A stretch of DNA of 32,000 nt from Candidatus Electronema halotolerans (GCA_942493095.1 OW818675.1:2040001-2072000), one strand, 5' to 3'. Numbered from the stretch's first letter, positions 20,201 to 29,530 are shown. The notes: a model not told the origin generated them from the letters alone. A program made the numbers and translations.

Positions 20201-20972
20201 GGAAACGGGTCATGAGCCAAGAAAATGTCTCATCCAATTGAGCAAGCATGGCATCTGTCTCACCTGCTCGCAGGGAAGCAAGAATAGTTTGCCCGACATC
20301 ATTGGCAGTAGAAAGCCAGTCATAATCAAAGGCGAGCTTATCTCTGTCTGCTGCTTTTTCAGGATCAAAGGCCAGAATATCATTCCAGTCAATTGTGCCG
20401 TTGCCATCGATATCGCTTTTGATGAGATAGCGGGCAAGATCAGCAAGACGTATTTCTACTTCCTCGGCAGACACAGCAGAAATCAAATTCTCAACATATC
20501 GCCAGCCAATTTCTGTCAACGGCGTAATTTTCAAATGCTTGGTGCGCCAATCTGAAGCTCGTGCCAAGGCATGAAGCGTTCCCAGATTCTGAGTCGATGA
20601 AGCATCAGCAATTCCGTTGCTGTCGGCATCAATATCTTTGCCGCCGCTTGCTTCGGCCACAATCCATTCATTATCCGCCAGTCCCGCCAGAGCAAGATCA
20701 AAAGTTCCTGCGGCCAAGAGGCTCCTGTTGCTCTGCACAGCTTCCTTTGGCCCCTCAACAGGACTTGCCAACTCCTCAATTGTAAACGCTTTAATCGAAG
20801 TCCCTGACAGCGGGCCAACAAGAAGAGCTTGATGAGAAAGCGGCTCAGGTGAACTGCTGTGTTTCCCCAGCAGCGGTGCAATCATCAGCAAAAGATTACC
20901 GGAATAAGCGGTGCTGGCGGCAACGCAGGCAGAACTGACCAGAATAATGACAAAAAGACGGAAATGTTTCAT
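17238..20972 (-). CDS. Large secreted multidomain protein (1244 aa) with EF-hand-like loop, fibronectin-III-like segment and C-terminal DUF1566/Lcl_C domain; candidate DGR target
   Basis: Signal peptide MKHFRLFVIILVSSACVAASTAYS; DIDGNGTIDWNDIL; FTATAGADAQILGWSGC...VVANF; PGQASLDWTF...YVFKMQAYSNNNSRLGPFSNEVS; C-terminal TWYNTDP...VNAAGWCGASDWRMPTRKELNSIV...FWSGSPYANGSDDAWSVYFYNGDSGAYLRHYDYAVRLVRGGQ. Confidence 0.88.
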   Translation of the reverse strand: MKHFRLFVIILVSSACVAASTAYSGNLLLMIAPLLGKHSSSPEPLSHQALLVGPLSGTSIKAFTIEELASPVEGPKEAVQSNRSLLAAGTFDLALAGLADNEWIVAEASGGKDIDADSNGIADASSTQNLGTLHALARASDWRTKHLKITPLTEIGWRYVENLISAVSAEEVEIRLADLARYLIKSDIDGNGTIDWNDILAFDPEKAADRDKLAFDYDWLSTANDVGQTILASLRAGETDAMLAQLDETFSWLMTRFPVPDSRYHTVQVTLSVFGPGKAASGAPHSLSVDSTLADPVYEDHIFVSEDESGTITFTATAGADAQILGWSGCENVSADLTQCTVALNRSQSVVANFGRTETILNGVVHNLSSTSNTVGTNTVSVRLSDDMNDLIDELAAANVGDFIVGDDGGGFLRKITGIKKISSTSYQFDTADAALDEVIAQGTGHIFKQMTNGDLEGYTEPAAAGLPATISPTAFSGLEGTSLQVSDQPDNTHFVIKLGEEPAVSSTSADGRAISQSLKVTLYDDGHGGTLSATGEITLDISIDVGVDYKLFDGLQGFKFIVKADSEQKVELTASQKLTFFNKKKIKIGTIPLKSIDFMIGFVPVWITPSVDIYFFIDDGSIEIKSTFGISVQEKMQRGMLYNKNTGFSRHKSFSQSVSPLLSTITTELNASIRGGLLIESGMKIYNLTGPEIPLKAYVKIEGSESFSAEGCVERMAQILAGIEAEFNWDIENIDIGAGTKIGKLLHLDKLKKLNFAVYTAEWPIKKWTFENSCPEYTKGSFLLVEGDGIFSTIDVGDASGLASNLTISNTGDEDLHWNTTNGSAAISITPSSGVLAPGEDELVQLSVATADLPVGRYLRKPFFYNEASVGQNLPDEELGNTYKTVDIDVNDLEPTDTPTLLDSVDGSTPGQASLDWTFMPETSEPWMGFQIFALDTSAADASEQLLETRSIYDRHAVISGLTPGSDYVFKMQAYSNNNSRLGPFSNEVSAHIAGTPPPASATTPLNDTGITWSGNYKSGNNTACIASSTPDDDNVVAEQDCSHGRDATNNDDSDGHAGFSYTKLDSNGVPLDDQSADYATTPWACVKDNVTGLIWEVKTDDGGLHDKDDTYTWYNTDPTTNGGADGSADYGGNTCYEYDSSNPSKFCNTQAYVNRVNAAGWCGASDWRMPTRKELNSIVHHGSYNPAIDINYFPNTVSSEFWSGSPYANGSDDAWSVYFYNGDSGAYLRHYDYAVRLVRGGQ
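17268..17342 (-). other. Candidate DGR variable repeat core, copy B (25 codons)
   Basis: AAC GGC TCG GAC GAC GCG TGG AGC GTC TAT TTC TAC AAC GGC GAT TCC GGC GCC TAC CTC CGC CAC TAC GAC TAC (coding strand). Confidence 0.7.
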
Positions 20973-21101
20973 TGATGCCTCTGCTTGCGGAAGGAACGGA
21001 CCAGATTGATCTGGCCAACATATTGCGGCGCAAGCAGAATGTCAACAAAAATCAAGAAGGGATACCAGCCATTTTTTTTGCTGAACCGGGCTGGACAGCA
21101 C

Positions 21102-21968
21102 TCACAGGCTGTTAAGCAGTGCCAGTACCAGTCTGACCAAGGCTTCCAAATTTTCTTTCAGCCACGTCCAGACCGCAGCCAGCCAGGATATCTCTCCATC
21201 ATCGTCATCCACTGCCTTGCCGTCCAAACGGTCGCGCAGCCGTTCAGCCCGCTTGGCCGGAGCTGGATGGCTGGAAAGAAAGTGATGATTCTTGCCCAGC
21301 GTGGCCAGCTTCTGGAGAGCGGTCACTGCCGCCTCACTGTCCAGTCCTCGGCTCTGCATGAAAGCCAGACCATAGTCATCAGCCTCGCGCTCCTCCTGCT
21401 GGGAGAACTGAGCCTTGAGCAGCTTCTCGAAAAAACCGCCCAAGGCGGAGCGGGCCAGCTCTCCGGCTCCGCCTTCCTGCTGGGCGGCCACTCCCTTGCG
21501 CACTGCGCTGGCAGCATAGGCCAGAACCAGTTTTTTGCGGATATGCCGACGGGCAACATGGCCCATTTCATGACCAATGACAAAGAGCAGCTCCTGATCG
21601 TTCATCATCCGCATCAGACCGCTGTAAATGCGGATGGTGCCGTCAGCCATGGCAAAGGCGTTGACATCGTCAGTCAGATACACTTTGACATCAAAGTCGT
21701 GTCCGTCCACCCGCAGCGGGCTGTTCAGCAGGGCGGCCAGCCGCCGGGCCTGCGGATTGTCCGGCAGAGCAATCTGATTCTCGCTGTCAGCCTGCGCTGC
21801 GGCCTGTTCCGCATAAAGCCTGACCTGCTCGTCACTGAGCGTGACAGCGCGGAAGGCATCAACGCCCGCTTCCACAGCCAGCCGGGTGTCAACATTGCTG
21901 TCACAGCCAGTTGCGGCAAGAAGAAGAAGCAGGAAAAAAAGCTGGGCACGGCACAGACGGCTGATCAT
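21102..21968 (-). CDS. M48-family zinc metalloprotease, lipoprotein
   Basis: Lipobox leader MISRLCRAQLFFLLLLLAATGC, VIGHEMGHVARRHIRKK (HExxH) and EEREADDYGLAFM. Confidence 0.93.
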   Translation of the reverse strand: MISRLCRAQLFFLLLLLAATGCDSNVDTRLAVEAGVDAFRAVTLSDEQVRLYAEQAAAQADSENQIALPDNPQARRLAALLNSPLRVDGHDFDVKVYLTDDVNAFAMADGTIRIYSGLMRMMNDQELLFVIGHEMGHVARRHIRKKLVLAYAASAVRKGVAAQQEGGAGELARSALGGFFEKLLKAQFSQQEEREADDYGLAFMQSRGLDSEAAVTALQKLATLGKNHHFLSSHPAPAKRAERLRDRLDGKAVDDDDGEISWLAAVWTWLKENLEALVRLVLALLNSL

Positions 21969-21992
21969 GGCGGGAGACAAAATAAAAAAAAG

Positions 21993-22092
21993 ACAGCCGG
22001 GCACTCCTGCAACACATAAGACGTTTCGCTGCCGCTGCTTCCTTCCGGACCTGACGGGGTTCACGATGCCTTATTGCGCAGGACCCGGCTGT
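21993..22092 (-). ncRNA. ffs: Bacterial small signal recognition particle RNA (4.5S type)
   Basis: Minus strand contains GTGAACCCCGTCAGGTCCGGAAGGAAGCAGCGG, the SRP RNA apical domain, closed by outer pairing ACAGCCGGG.../...CCCGGCTGT and followed by a T-run (21981-21992). Confidence 0.93.
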
Positions 22093-22119
22093 CAAACTTG
22101 GGTCTTGTCATTGTCATAC

Positions 22120-22205
22120 TGGCGGAGAGGGTGAGATTCGAACTCACGGCACTTGCGTGCACACGCGTTCCAGGCGTGCACCTTAAGCCACTCGGTCACC
22201 TCTCC
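22120..22205 (-). tRNA. tRNA-Ser (anticodon GGA), CCA encoded
   Basis: GGAGAGGTGACCGAGTGGCTTAAGGTGCACGCCTGGAACGCGTGTGCACGCAAGTGCCGTGAGTTCGAATCTCACCCTCTCCGCCA; anticodon stem CACGC/GCGTG, long variable arm. Confidence 0.96.
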
Positions 22206-22271
22206 TGAGCTGCTCTCACCTTCCGCAGCCGCTTTGCGGCGTTTGCTGCGATGCGCCCATTTAAACCGAGT

Positions 22272-22773
22272 TCAGTTTTTCTGACAACAGAAAAATGGAG
22301 CCTGCCGCTCTTTTTTTTCTCTGCGCTGCCGGAAGAACTCTTTCAGAATGCTGGCGCACTCTTTTGCCCGCACCCCGCTGGTGATGGTGAAACGATGATT
22401 CAGGCAGCCATCGCTGCCAATGCGATAGACTGACTGCAGCGCGCCGGTCTTGGGATCAGCCGCGCCAAAAACAACCCGCTCCACTCTGGCCATGACCAAG
22501 GCTGCCGCGCACATCGGGCAGGGTTCAAGGGTGACATAGAGGGTGGTGCCGGGCAGCCGGTAATTGCCGATTTTTTCGGCAGCAGCGCGCAGGGCGCGGA
22601 TTTCCGCATGACCAACAGGATCATTGGCCGTAATGCAGCAGTTGCCTGCCCCGGCCAGCAGCCTGCCTTCCGCGCTGACTATCACCGCGCCCACCGGCAC
22701 TTCATTCAAGGCCGCTGCCTGGGCTGCGTAGGCAAGGGCCGTGCCCATGAAAAAACTATCCTGCTGACTCATG
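22272..22773 (-). CDS. tadA: tRNA-specific adenosine deaminase
   Basis: NEVPVGAVIV...NDPVGHAEIRALR...LPGTTLYVTLEPCPMCAAALVMARVERVVFGAADPKTGA. The ATG at 22773 is preferred over the upstream ORF start. Confidence 0.92.
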
Positions 22774-22818
22774 CTGCACAACTGTGAGGATTGAGCACCG
22801 CTCTTTGACGCTTCACCA

Positions 22819-24159
22819 TCACCCGGCCACTGTCCTGTCCACCAGCTCTTCCGCCCTGCCGATGTACTGTTCTGGCTGATCAAGCGGAGCCAGTTCCTCG
22901 GCATTGAACAACGGGCCAAGCTCCGCGTCGGCCAGCACGGCATCTTTCAGGCTGATCCGCTGTTCAGCAGCCTCGGCAGCCAGTTTGTGCAGCTTGTCCA
23001 TAGCCTTGTTCTTGCCCATGCTCCTGCCGAGCCGGAAGAGCAGCCATTCAGTGGCGATCAGGTCTTTCTGCCGGTGCAGGTTGGCCAGCATCTGCTCAGG
23101 CCGGACAATCAGGCCGGAGAGCACCTGTAGCAGCATCTGCAAGGAGCTGCCAGTGTAGATGCAAAGCTGCGGCAGGGCCAGCCATTCCGCCCAGAGGCAG
23201 CGGGGATCCCGTTCATGCTCATGAGCCATGCTTTCAATGACTGTGCCGCTCAAGGCGCGGATATGCTTGGCCAAGGCGGCGATGCGCTGGCAGAGCACCG
23301 GGTTCTGCTTATGCGGCATGGTGCTGCTTGCCAATGCGCCGGACAGGGACGGCTCGCGCAGCTCATCAATTTCAGTCTTCTGTAGCTGAAAGATTTCATT
23401 GGCGATCTTGGCCAAGCTCATGGCCAGCAGGGCAAAGTCTGAGGCCAGCTCGGCAGTGCGGTCACGGGCCGTGTGCCAAGAGAGTGGATCGTGGGCCAGA
23501 CCGAGCAGCGTCATGGTCTCCTTGGCCACCTCAAGGCCCTGCTCGCCAAGCGCTGCATAGGTGCCAACCGCACCGCTCAGTTGGCCGCAGCAGACAGTGC
23601 CTTGCAGATGCCGCACCCGCTCAATGTGCCGTCTGATTTCCGCTGTCCAGATTGCCGCCTTCAAGCCAAAGGTGGTGGGCAAGGCCTGCTGACCATGTGT
23701 GCGGGCTGCCATTGCCGTGCTGCGGTGCTTGAGAGCAAGGTCAAGGCAGACCTTTTCCACGTGCAGGAGGTCGCGGAGGACAATGGCCAGCGTCTCCTTG
23801 AGGGCCAGAATCATGCCGGTGTCCAAGATGTCCTGGGTGGTGGCCCCGTAATGAACATACTCGCCATGTCCGTCGGCGCAGGCCCGGCGCAGGCCAGCCA
23901 GCAGCGGCACCACTGAGTTGCGGCTCTTGCTGTACCCCTTGCGGACGCTTGCCAGATCAATCTGTTCGAGCTTGGCTTTGGCCTTGATCTCTGCTGCCGC
24001 TGCTGCCGGAATCAGGCCGCACCGTGCCTGCGCTTCGGCCAAGGCCGCTTCCACATCAAGCCAGCGTTGCAGCATGGCCTGCTCATCAAAGAGCTGTTCC
24101 AATTCTGGGGTGCTGAAGACATGCGGGTTGATCTGGTGATCAAAGGGATGAACAGGCAT
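22819..24159 (-). CDS. purB: Adenylosuccinate lyase / fumarase-superfamily lyase (PurB-like, related to carboxymuconate cycloisomerase)
   Basis: TPELEQLFDEQAMLQRWLDVEAALAEAQA...VHYGATTQDILDTG...SSTMPHKQNPV signature. The precise substrate is uncertain. Confidence 0.8.
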   Translation of the reverse strand: MPVHPFDHQINPHVFSTPELEQLFDEQAMLQRWLDVEAALAEAQARCGLIPAAAAAEIKAKAKLEQIDLASVRKGYSKSRNSVVPLLAGLRRACADGHGEYVHYGATTQDILDTGMILALKETLAIVLRDLLHVEKVCLDLALKHRSTAMAARTHGQQALPTTFGLKAAIWTAEIRRHIERVRHLQGTVCCGQLSGAVGTYAALGEQGLEVAKETMTLLGLAHDPLSWHTARDRTAELASDFALLAMSLAKIANEIFQLQKTEIDELREPSLSGALASSTMPHKQNPVLCQRIAALAKHIRALSGTVIESMAHEHERDPRCLWAEWLALPQLCIYTGSSLQMLLQVLSGLIVRPEQMLANLHRQKDLIATEWLLFRLGRSMGKNKAMDKLHKLAAEAAEQRISLKDAVLADAELGPLFNAEELAPLDQPEQYIGRAEELVDRTVAG

Positions 24160-24496
24160 GAGGCGATGATTCGGTTGAATGGTGCCGTTATGGGCAATGG
24201 CTGCAAAGGCAATCTGTGCCAAGAATTGGTTTTCTTGCTTCCTTTTTCATGTTGCATCAGGATGAGTGAGGGATTATACCGCCTTCCTGCCGCCTGAGCA
24301 AGGCTGGCAAGATTCAGGCCCAGCAGGATGCGCATCCTGTTTTCAGCCGGAAAAATTATCCGGCCTGCTCTTTTCTTCTTGACAGCTGCCCCTGTTTATT
24401 GGTAATTGACATTCTGCTTTTTATGCCGTAATATGCTGCCCGAAACAGTGAAGCCCGCAGTCAGCGGCCAGCACTCTTCTGAAACGGAAATATTGC

Positions 24497-24571
24497 AGGC
24501 GCGTAGCTCAGGGGGAGAGCGCTACCTTGACACGGTAGAGGTCGGCGGTTCGAAACCGCCCGCGCCTACCA
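24497..24571 (+). tRNA. tRNA-Val (anticodon GAC), CCA encoded
   Basis: AGGCGCGTAGCTCAGGGGGAGAGCGCTACCTTGACACGGTAGAGGTCGGCGGTTCGAAACCGCCCGCGCCTACCA; full cloverleaf with CTACC/GGTAG anticodon stem. Confidence 0.95.
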
Positions 24572-24684
24572 ATTTTGCAGTGCAAAGGGCATAAAGGCTA
24601 AGGGTCGGAGGAAGCGCGTCTGACCTGTTAGCCTTTCCTTTTTTTGATTCAATTTTTCACGCGAATTTGTCAGCGGCAGAACTC

Positions 24685-26619
24685 ATGACTTCCATAGCAG
24701 TCTCCATCTCCGGCGGGGAAGCAAAGCAGCTTCCGAGCGGCACCTCTGTCCTTGACGCGCTCAAGGAGCTGGTCTCCGGCAAGCAGCGCAAGCAGACTGT
24801 GGCGGCCCGCTGCAACGGCAGCATGGTTGATCTGTCTGCGCCGCTCAACCATGATGCGGTCTTGGAGCTGATTTCTGCCAGCTCAGAGGAAGGGCTGCAT
24901 ATCCTCCGGCACTCGGCTGCCCATATCATGGCCCAAGCGGTCAAGGAGCTGCACGGCCAGGAGGTGCAAGTCACTATCGGCCCGGCCATTGAGGACGGCT
25001 ATTATTACGATTTCGACCGCAAGCCCGCCTTCACGCCTGACGATTTCGAGGCGATTGAAGAGAAGATGGCGACCATTGTCAAGGCGGCTCTGCCGTTTTC
25101 CCGCCGCGAAGTGCCGATTGCCGAGGCCATAGATTTTTTCACCCAGCACGACGAGACCTACAAAGTTGAGCTGATCAAGGACTTGGCCGCGCAGGGCGAG
25201 ACTGTTGTTTCCCTCTATCAGCAGGGTGATTTCATTGATCTCTGCCGGGGGCCGCATCTCCCGGACACCTCGTTCCTGAAATGCTTCAAGCTGCTGCGGG
25301 TGGCAGGCTCCTACTGGCGGGGCGATGAAAAGAACCAGATGCTGACCCGGATTTACGGCACTGCCTTTTTTGATAAAAAAGAGCTGAAGCAGTATCTGGA
25401 CCGGCTGGAGGAAGCCAAGCGGCGTGACCATCGCAAATTAGGCAAGGAACTGAAGCTCTTCACGATTCAGGATGAGATCGGGCCGGGTCTGCCCCTTTGG
25501 CAGCCGCGTGGTGCCTTGCTGCGGCGGCTGATTGAGGACTACTGGAAGGATGCCCATTACAAGAACGGGTATCAGCTTGTCTGCACCCCCCATATTGCCC
25601 GCCAAGATTTGTGGCACACCTCCGGCCACTTGGACTTTTATGCCGAGAACATGTATTCGGCCATGAGCATTGACGAGGTGGCTTATCAGCTCAAGCCGAT
25701 GAACTGCCCTTTCCATATCGGCATCTACAAATCCGAGCCGCACAGCTACCGCGAATTTCCCATCCGCTGGTGCGAGCTGGGCACCGTCTATCGCTACGAG
25801 CGGGCTGGCGCCCTGCACGGCCTGATGCGGGTGCGCGGCTTCACCCAGGACGATGCCCATATTTTCTGCCGCCCTGATCAGCTTGAAGAGGAAATCTTCA
25901 ACATCATTGACCTGAACCTGCATGTCCTTCAGACCTTTGGTTTCAGCGAGTATGATGTCTATCTTTCCACCCGCCCGGAAAAATACGTGGGCAGCGACGA
26001 GCACTGGGACCTGTCCACCAAAGCCTTGCAGCAGGCAATGGACAAGAAAGGGCTGGCATACTCGGTTGATCCGGGGGAAGGCGTATTTTACGGTCCAAAG
26101 ATTGACATAAAAATTAAGGATCAGATTGGCCGCTCGTGGCAGTGCTCCACGATTCAGGTTGATTTCAACCTGCCGGAACGCTTCGGCATGACCTATGCTG
26201 GCCAAGACGGAGCCGATCATCAGCCGATCATGATTCACCGCGCTTTGATGGGTTCGCTGGAGCGTTTCATTGGGGTGCTGATCGAGCATTATGCCGGTGC
26301 CTTTCCGCTCTGGCTGGCCCCGGAGCAGGCCCGGATCATGAACATCACGGACAGTCAGGCCGACTACTGCGGCCACGTGCTGGCTGAACTGCGGCAGGCC
26401 GGTCTCCGGGTTGAGGCGGACTTGCGCAACGAGAAATTAAATTATAAGATACGGGAGGCCCAGCTGATGAAGACTCCCTACATGCTCATTGCGGGCGACC
26501 GGGAAATGGAGGAAGGCACTGTCACTGTGCGCAAGCGCAGCGGTGAAAACCTGCCTCCCATGCTGCCGCAGGATTTTCTGGCCTTGGTGCGCCAGGAATG
26601 CCAAGAACAAGCAGTCTGA
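24685..26619 (+). CDS. thrS: Threonyl-tRNA synthetase
   Basis: LRHSAAHIMAQAVKELHG...GPAIEDGYYYDF...MNCPFHIGIYKSEPHSYREFPIRWCELGTVYRYERAGALHGLMRVRGFTQDDAHIFC. Confidence 0.98.
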   Translation: MTSIAVSISGGEAKQLPSGTSVLDALKELVSGKQRKQTVAARCNGSMVDLSAPLNHDAVLELISASSEEGLHILRHSAAHIMAQAVKELHGQEVQVTIGPAIEDGYYYDFDRKPAFTPDDFEAIEEKMATIVKAALPFSRREVPIAEAIDFFTQHDETYKVELIKDLAAQGETVVSLYQQGDFIDLCRGPHLPDTSFLKCFKLLRVAGSYWRGDEKNQMLTRIYGTAFFDKKELKQYLDRLEEAKRRDHRKLGKELKLFTIQDEIGPGLPLWQPRGALLRRLIEDYWKDAHYKNGYQLVCTPHIARQDLWHTSGHLDFYAENMYSAMSIDEVAYQLKPMNCPFHIGIYKSEPHSYREFPIRWCELGTVYRYERAGALHGLMRVRGFTQDDAHIFCRPDQLEEEIFNIIDLNLHVLQTFGFSEYDVYLSTRPEKYVGSDEHWDLSTKALQQAMDKKGLAYSVDPGEGVFYGPKIDIKIKDQIGRSWQCSTIQVDFNLPERFGMTYAGQDGADHQPIMIHRALMGSLERFIGVLIEHYAGAFPLWLAPEQARIMNITDSQADYCGHVLAELRQAGLRVEADLRNEKLNYKIREAQLMKTPYMLIAGDREMEEGTVTVRKRSGENLPPMLPQDFLALVRQECQEQAV

Positions 26620-26631
26620 CAAACGGAGAGA

Positions 26632-27177
26632 ATGGACAAACGAAGAGGCAGGAAAAGTTCGCAGCAGGAAGTCAGAGTCAAAATCAACGAAGATATCCGC
26701 TATCCTGAAGTCCGCCTGCTTGGTGAAAACGGAGAGCAGCTCGGCCTTGTTTCCGCTGCCAAGGCACGGCAGCTCGCTGCCGAGCAAGGGTTGGACTTGG
26801 TGGAAATCTCGGACAAGGCCACGCCGCCGGTCTGCAAGATGATGAATTATGACAAGTACCGGTATGAACTGAAAAAAAAGCAGCAGGAAGCAAAAAAGAA
26901 GCAGACGGTCGTTGATGTCAAGGAGATTAAGTTCCGCCCCAAGACCGAGGAGCATGATCTTGATTTCAAGATTAAAAACATCCTCAAATTTGTTGAAAAG
27001 AAAAGCAAGGTCAAAATAACCATGCAGTTCCGGGGCCGGGAGATCGTTCATGCCCAGACCGTGGGCCGGGAGGCTATGAGAAAGATCGCGGATGCCCTGC
27101 GCGAGGACTGCGTCATTCTTCAAGAACCGACAATGGAAGGCCGGTTCATGATCATGTTTGTCGGCCCCAAGCCCTGA
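26632..27177 (+). CDS. infC: Translation initiation factor IF-3
   Basis: [28 protein letters not shown]...[20 protein letters not shown]...[15 protein letters not shown]. Confidence 0.98.
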   Translation: MDKRRGRKSSQQEVRVKINEDIRYPEVRLLGENGEQLGLVSAAKARQLAAEQGLDLVEISDKATPPVCKMMNYDKYRYELKKKQQEAKKKQTVVDVKEIKFRPKTEEHDLDFKIKNILKFVEKKSKVKITMQFRGREIVHAQTVGREAMRKIADALREDCVILQEPTMEGRFMIMFVGPKP

Positions 27178-27254
27178 ATATCTCATCGCAGCAATACGAA
27201 ATCAGCGCGGACAGGGTGTTTGTCGCTCTGTTGCAGCGCAGCAAGGAGCATATC

Positions 27255-27452
27255 ATGCCTAAAATGAAAACCAACCGGGCCGCAGCCAAGCGTTTCAAGC
27301 TCACCGCCAGCGGCAAAGTCCGTTACGGCAAGTCCTTTGGCTCGCATATTCTGACCAGCAAAAACGCCAAACGGAAACGGCGGCTGCGTCAGTCTGCCAT
27401 CCTGTCCGCAGTTGATACCAAAGCAGTGCGGCGGATGCTGCCTTATCAGTAA
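27255..27452 (+). CDS. rpmI: 50S ribosomal protein L35
   Basis: [46 protein letters not shown]. Confidence 0.97.
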   Translation: MPKMKTNRAAAKRFKLTASGKVRYGKSFGSHILTSKNAKRKRRLRQSAILSAVDTKAVRRMLPYQ

Positions 27453-27491
27453 TTCTGAACGAATTTTCAGCAAGAACGGAGTGCAATCACC

Positions 27492-27857
27492 ATGCCACGC
27501 GTCACACGCGGGTTTAAAGCCCGCCGGAGAAGAAATAAGGTCCTGCAATTGGCCAAAGGCTATCGGGGCGGCAGAAGCCGTCTCTTCCGCACTGCTGCGG
27601 AAGCGGTTGACCGCGCCCTTTGCTATGCCTATCGCGACCGCCGTACCAATAAGCGTAATTTCCGTGCGTTGTGGATCACCCGCATCAGCGCGGCTGCCAA
27701 GCTGAACGGCACCAGTTACAACAAGCTGATGCACGGTTTCAAGCAGGCCGGGATTGAGCTGGACCGCAAGGTGCTGTCCAATCTGGCCATTGTTGATCCT
27801 GCCGCCTTCAGCGCGCTGGTGAAAAAATCTCTCGGACAGCAGGAAGCGACTGCCTGA
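27492..27857 (+). CDS. rplT: 50S ribosomal protein L20
   Basis: [51 protein letters not shown]. Confidence 0.98.
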   Translation: MPRVTRGFKARRRRNKVLQLAKGYRGGRSRLFRTAAEAVDRALCYAYRDRRTNKRNFRALWITRISAAAKLNGTSYNKLMHGFKQAGIELDRKVLSNLAIVDPAAFSALVKKSLGQQEATA

Positions 27858-28864
27858 TGGAAGAAACGCTGCGCAAGCTGCGGACGGAAGCGGAAGCGGC
27901 TCTGGGCGCGGTCAGCAAGCTGGCCGGGCTGGAGGAAGTCCGGGTCAAATATCTGGGCCGCAAGGGGCTGCTGGCCGAGGCCATGAAGCAGCTCGGCAAA
28001 GCTGCCCCGGCAGACCGGCCCCGCTTGGGCCAAGTTGCCAATGCGGTCAAGCAGGACGTGGAGAGCCTTTTTCAGGCTAAAAAAGAGGCTCTGGAGGCTG
28101 GCAGCCAGCCGGTCAAGCAGATGCTTGATCTCAGCCTGCCTGGCCGCTTTGTTCCTGTTGGCAAGCTCCATCCTGTCACCCAGGTGATGGAGGAAATCTG
28201 CGCTGTTTTTGAAGGCATGGGTTTTGCTGTGGCTGAAGGCCCGGATGTGGAGACCGATTATTACAATTTCGAGGCTCTCAACATCCCGGCCCATCATCCG
28301 GCCAGAGACATGCACGACACCTTTTATGTGTCTGATTCTCTCCTCCTGCGCACCCACACCTCGACCATGCAGGCGCGGATCATGGAAAAGCAGGAGCCGC
28401 CTCTGCGCTATATCGCGCCGGGCAAGGTCTATCGCTGCGATTCTGACATCACCCACACCCCGATGTTTCATCAGGTCGAGGGCTTTCTCGTTGACCGCCA
28501 AGTTTCTTTTGCTGATCTGAAAGGAGTCTTGGGACTCTTCTCCCGCCGTATTTTTCAGGGTGATCTGCCCCTGCGCTTCCGACCCAGCTTTTTTCCCTTC
28601 ACTGAACCCAGCGCAGAGGTTGACATTGCCTGCGTGATCTGCAAAGGCGCAGGCTGCCGGGTCTGCAAGCAGACTGGCTGGATTGAAATTCTTGGCGCGG
28701 GCATGATTGACCCGGAAGTCATGAACATGGTCGGTTATGACCCGGAGCAGTTCTCCGGCTTTGCCTTTGGTCTTGGCGTGGAACGCATCGCCATGCTCAA
28801 GTACGGCATTGATGACATCCGCATGTATTACGAGAACGATCTGCGGTTTCTCAGGCAGTTCTGA
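27857..28864 (+). CDS. pheS: Phenylalanyl-tRNA synthetase alpha subunit
   Basis: [54 protein letters not shown]. Confidence 0.98.
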   Translation: MEETLRKLRTEAEAALGAVSKLAGLEEVRVKYLGRKGLLAEAMKQLGKAAPADRPRLGQVANAVKQDVESLFQAKKEALEAGSQPVKQMLDLSLPGRFVPVGKLHPVTQVMEEICAVFEGMGFAVAEGPDVETDYYNFEALNIPAHHPARDMHDTFYVSDSLLLRTHTSTMQARIMEKQEPPLRYIAPGKVYRCDSDITHTPMFHQVEGFLVDRQVSFADLKGVLGLFSRRIFQGDLPLRFRPSFFPFTEPSAEVDIACVICKGAGCRVCKQTGWIEILGAGMIDPEVMNMVGYDPEQFSGFAFGLGVERIAMLKYGIDDIRMYYENDLRFLRQF

Positions 28865-28867
28865 CAA

Positions 28868-29101
28868 ATGGCTGTTTTGATTGAGCTGCCGGAACACCAA
28901 GCAGCTTTGCTCAAACAATACTGCCATGAGGCGCAAATCAGCGAGGCAGAGGCAGTCGGACAAGCCTTGACCCAGTTTTTGGCGCGGATAGTGCAGAAAC
29001 CCCGCCGTATTTTGCGTGAACACCCGGCTTTTGGGCTTTGGCGGGACAAGCAGCAGGACGGACTGGCTTACCAACGGCATCTGCGTGATGAACGGCCTTG
29101 A
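28868..29101 (+). CDS. Small antitoxin-like protein paired with a decayed PIN toxin
   Basis: 77 aa MAVLIELPEHQAALLKQYCHEAQISEAEAVGQALTQFLARIVQKP..., located directly upstream of VapC-like remnants. Confidence 0.6.
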   Translation: MAVLIELPEHQAALLKQYCHEAQISEAEAVGQALTQFLARIVQKPRRILREHPAFGLWRDKQQDGLAYQRHLRDERP

Positions 29102-29149
29102 ACAGGCGGACGAGGAGTATCAGCGTATAAGCAGGTTTATATCAGCCTG

Positions 29150-29364
29150 ATCACTTGGATGGAAGTGATGGTCGGCGCAAAGGAAGGCGACAGGCTGACA
29201 GAGGATTTTCTGCGGATGTATTTTGTTGTGCTGCCCCCATCACTCAAGACATTGCCGAACAGGCCGTGATTCAAGCCACCGCGTAAAAGCACAACGCCCT
29301 TCTGGTGACGCGCAACACTCGCGATTTTCCTCCCAGCTCCGACTGTGTGCGGATTCCATACTAA
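29150..29364 (+). pseudogene. Decayed VapC/PIN-domain toxin
   Basis: Homologous pieces in several frames: ISLITWMEVMVGAKEGDRLTEDFLRMYFVVLPPS, then ITQDIAEQAVIQATA*KHNALLVTRNTRDFPPSSDCVRIPY*. It lacks an intact N-terminal DTN-type motif and has a deletion near the LPDA region. Confidence 0.8.
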
Positions 29365-29388
29365 CATGATCAGTGCAGTAGAAATATT

Positions 29389-29505
29389 ATGAAATTAACC
29401 CTGACTTGGCTTGGCCAATATATTTTTCTTGATGGCCTGTCCGCAGCGCAGCGCGCTGACCATGCTCGGCTTGGAGGTGGAGACAGTTCGGACTGCAAAA
29501 ATTCA
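29389..29505 (+). pseudogene. Partial duplicate of the pheT 5' end
   Basis: atgaaattaaccctgacttggcttggccaatatatttttcttgatggcctgtccgcagcgcagcg..cgctgaccatgctcggcttggaggtgga matches the pheT start at 30062 with small deletions and then decays. Confidence 0.9.
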
Positions 29506-29530
29506 GTTGATTAAATAATTACGGCATGTC

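Noticed and set aside
20985-22019. 344-aa plus-strand ORF across the M48 protease and SRP RNA
   Set aside because: The minus strand encodes a clear HExxH protease and SRP RNA, so this ORF is an antisense artefact.
25438-26376. 312-aa minus-strand ORF antisense to thrS (and 26437-27186 antisense to infC)
   Set aside because: Antisense of highly conserved coding sequence, with no independent support.
27716-29080. 454-aa minus-strand ORF antisense to rplT-pheS
   Set aside because: It spans the real rplT and pheS genes in antisense, with no domain signature; treated as spurious.
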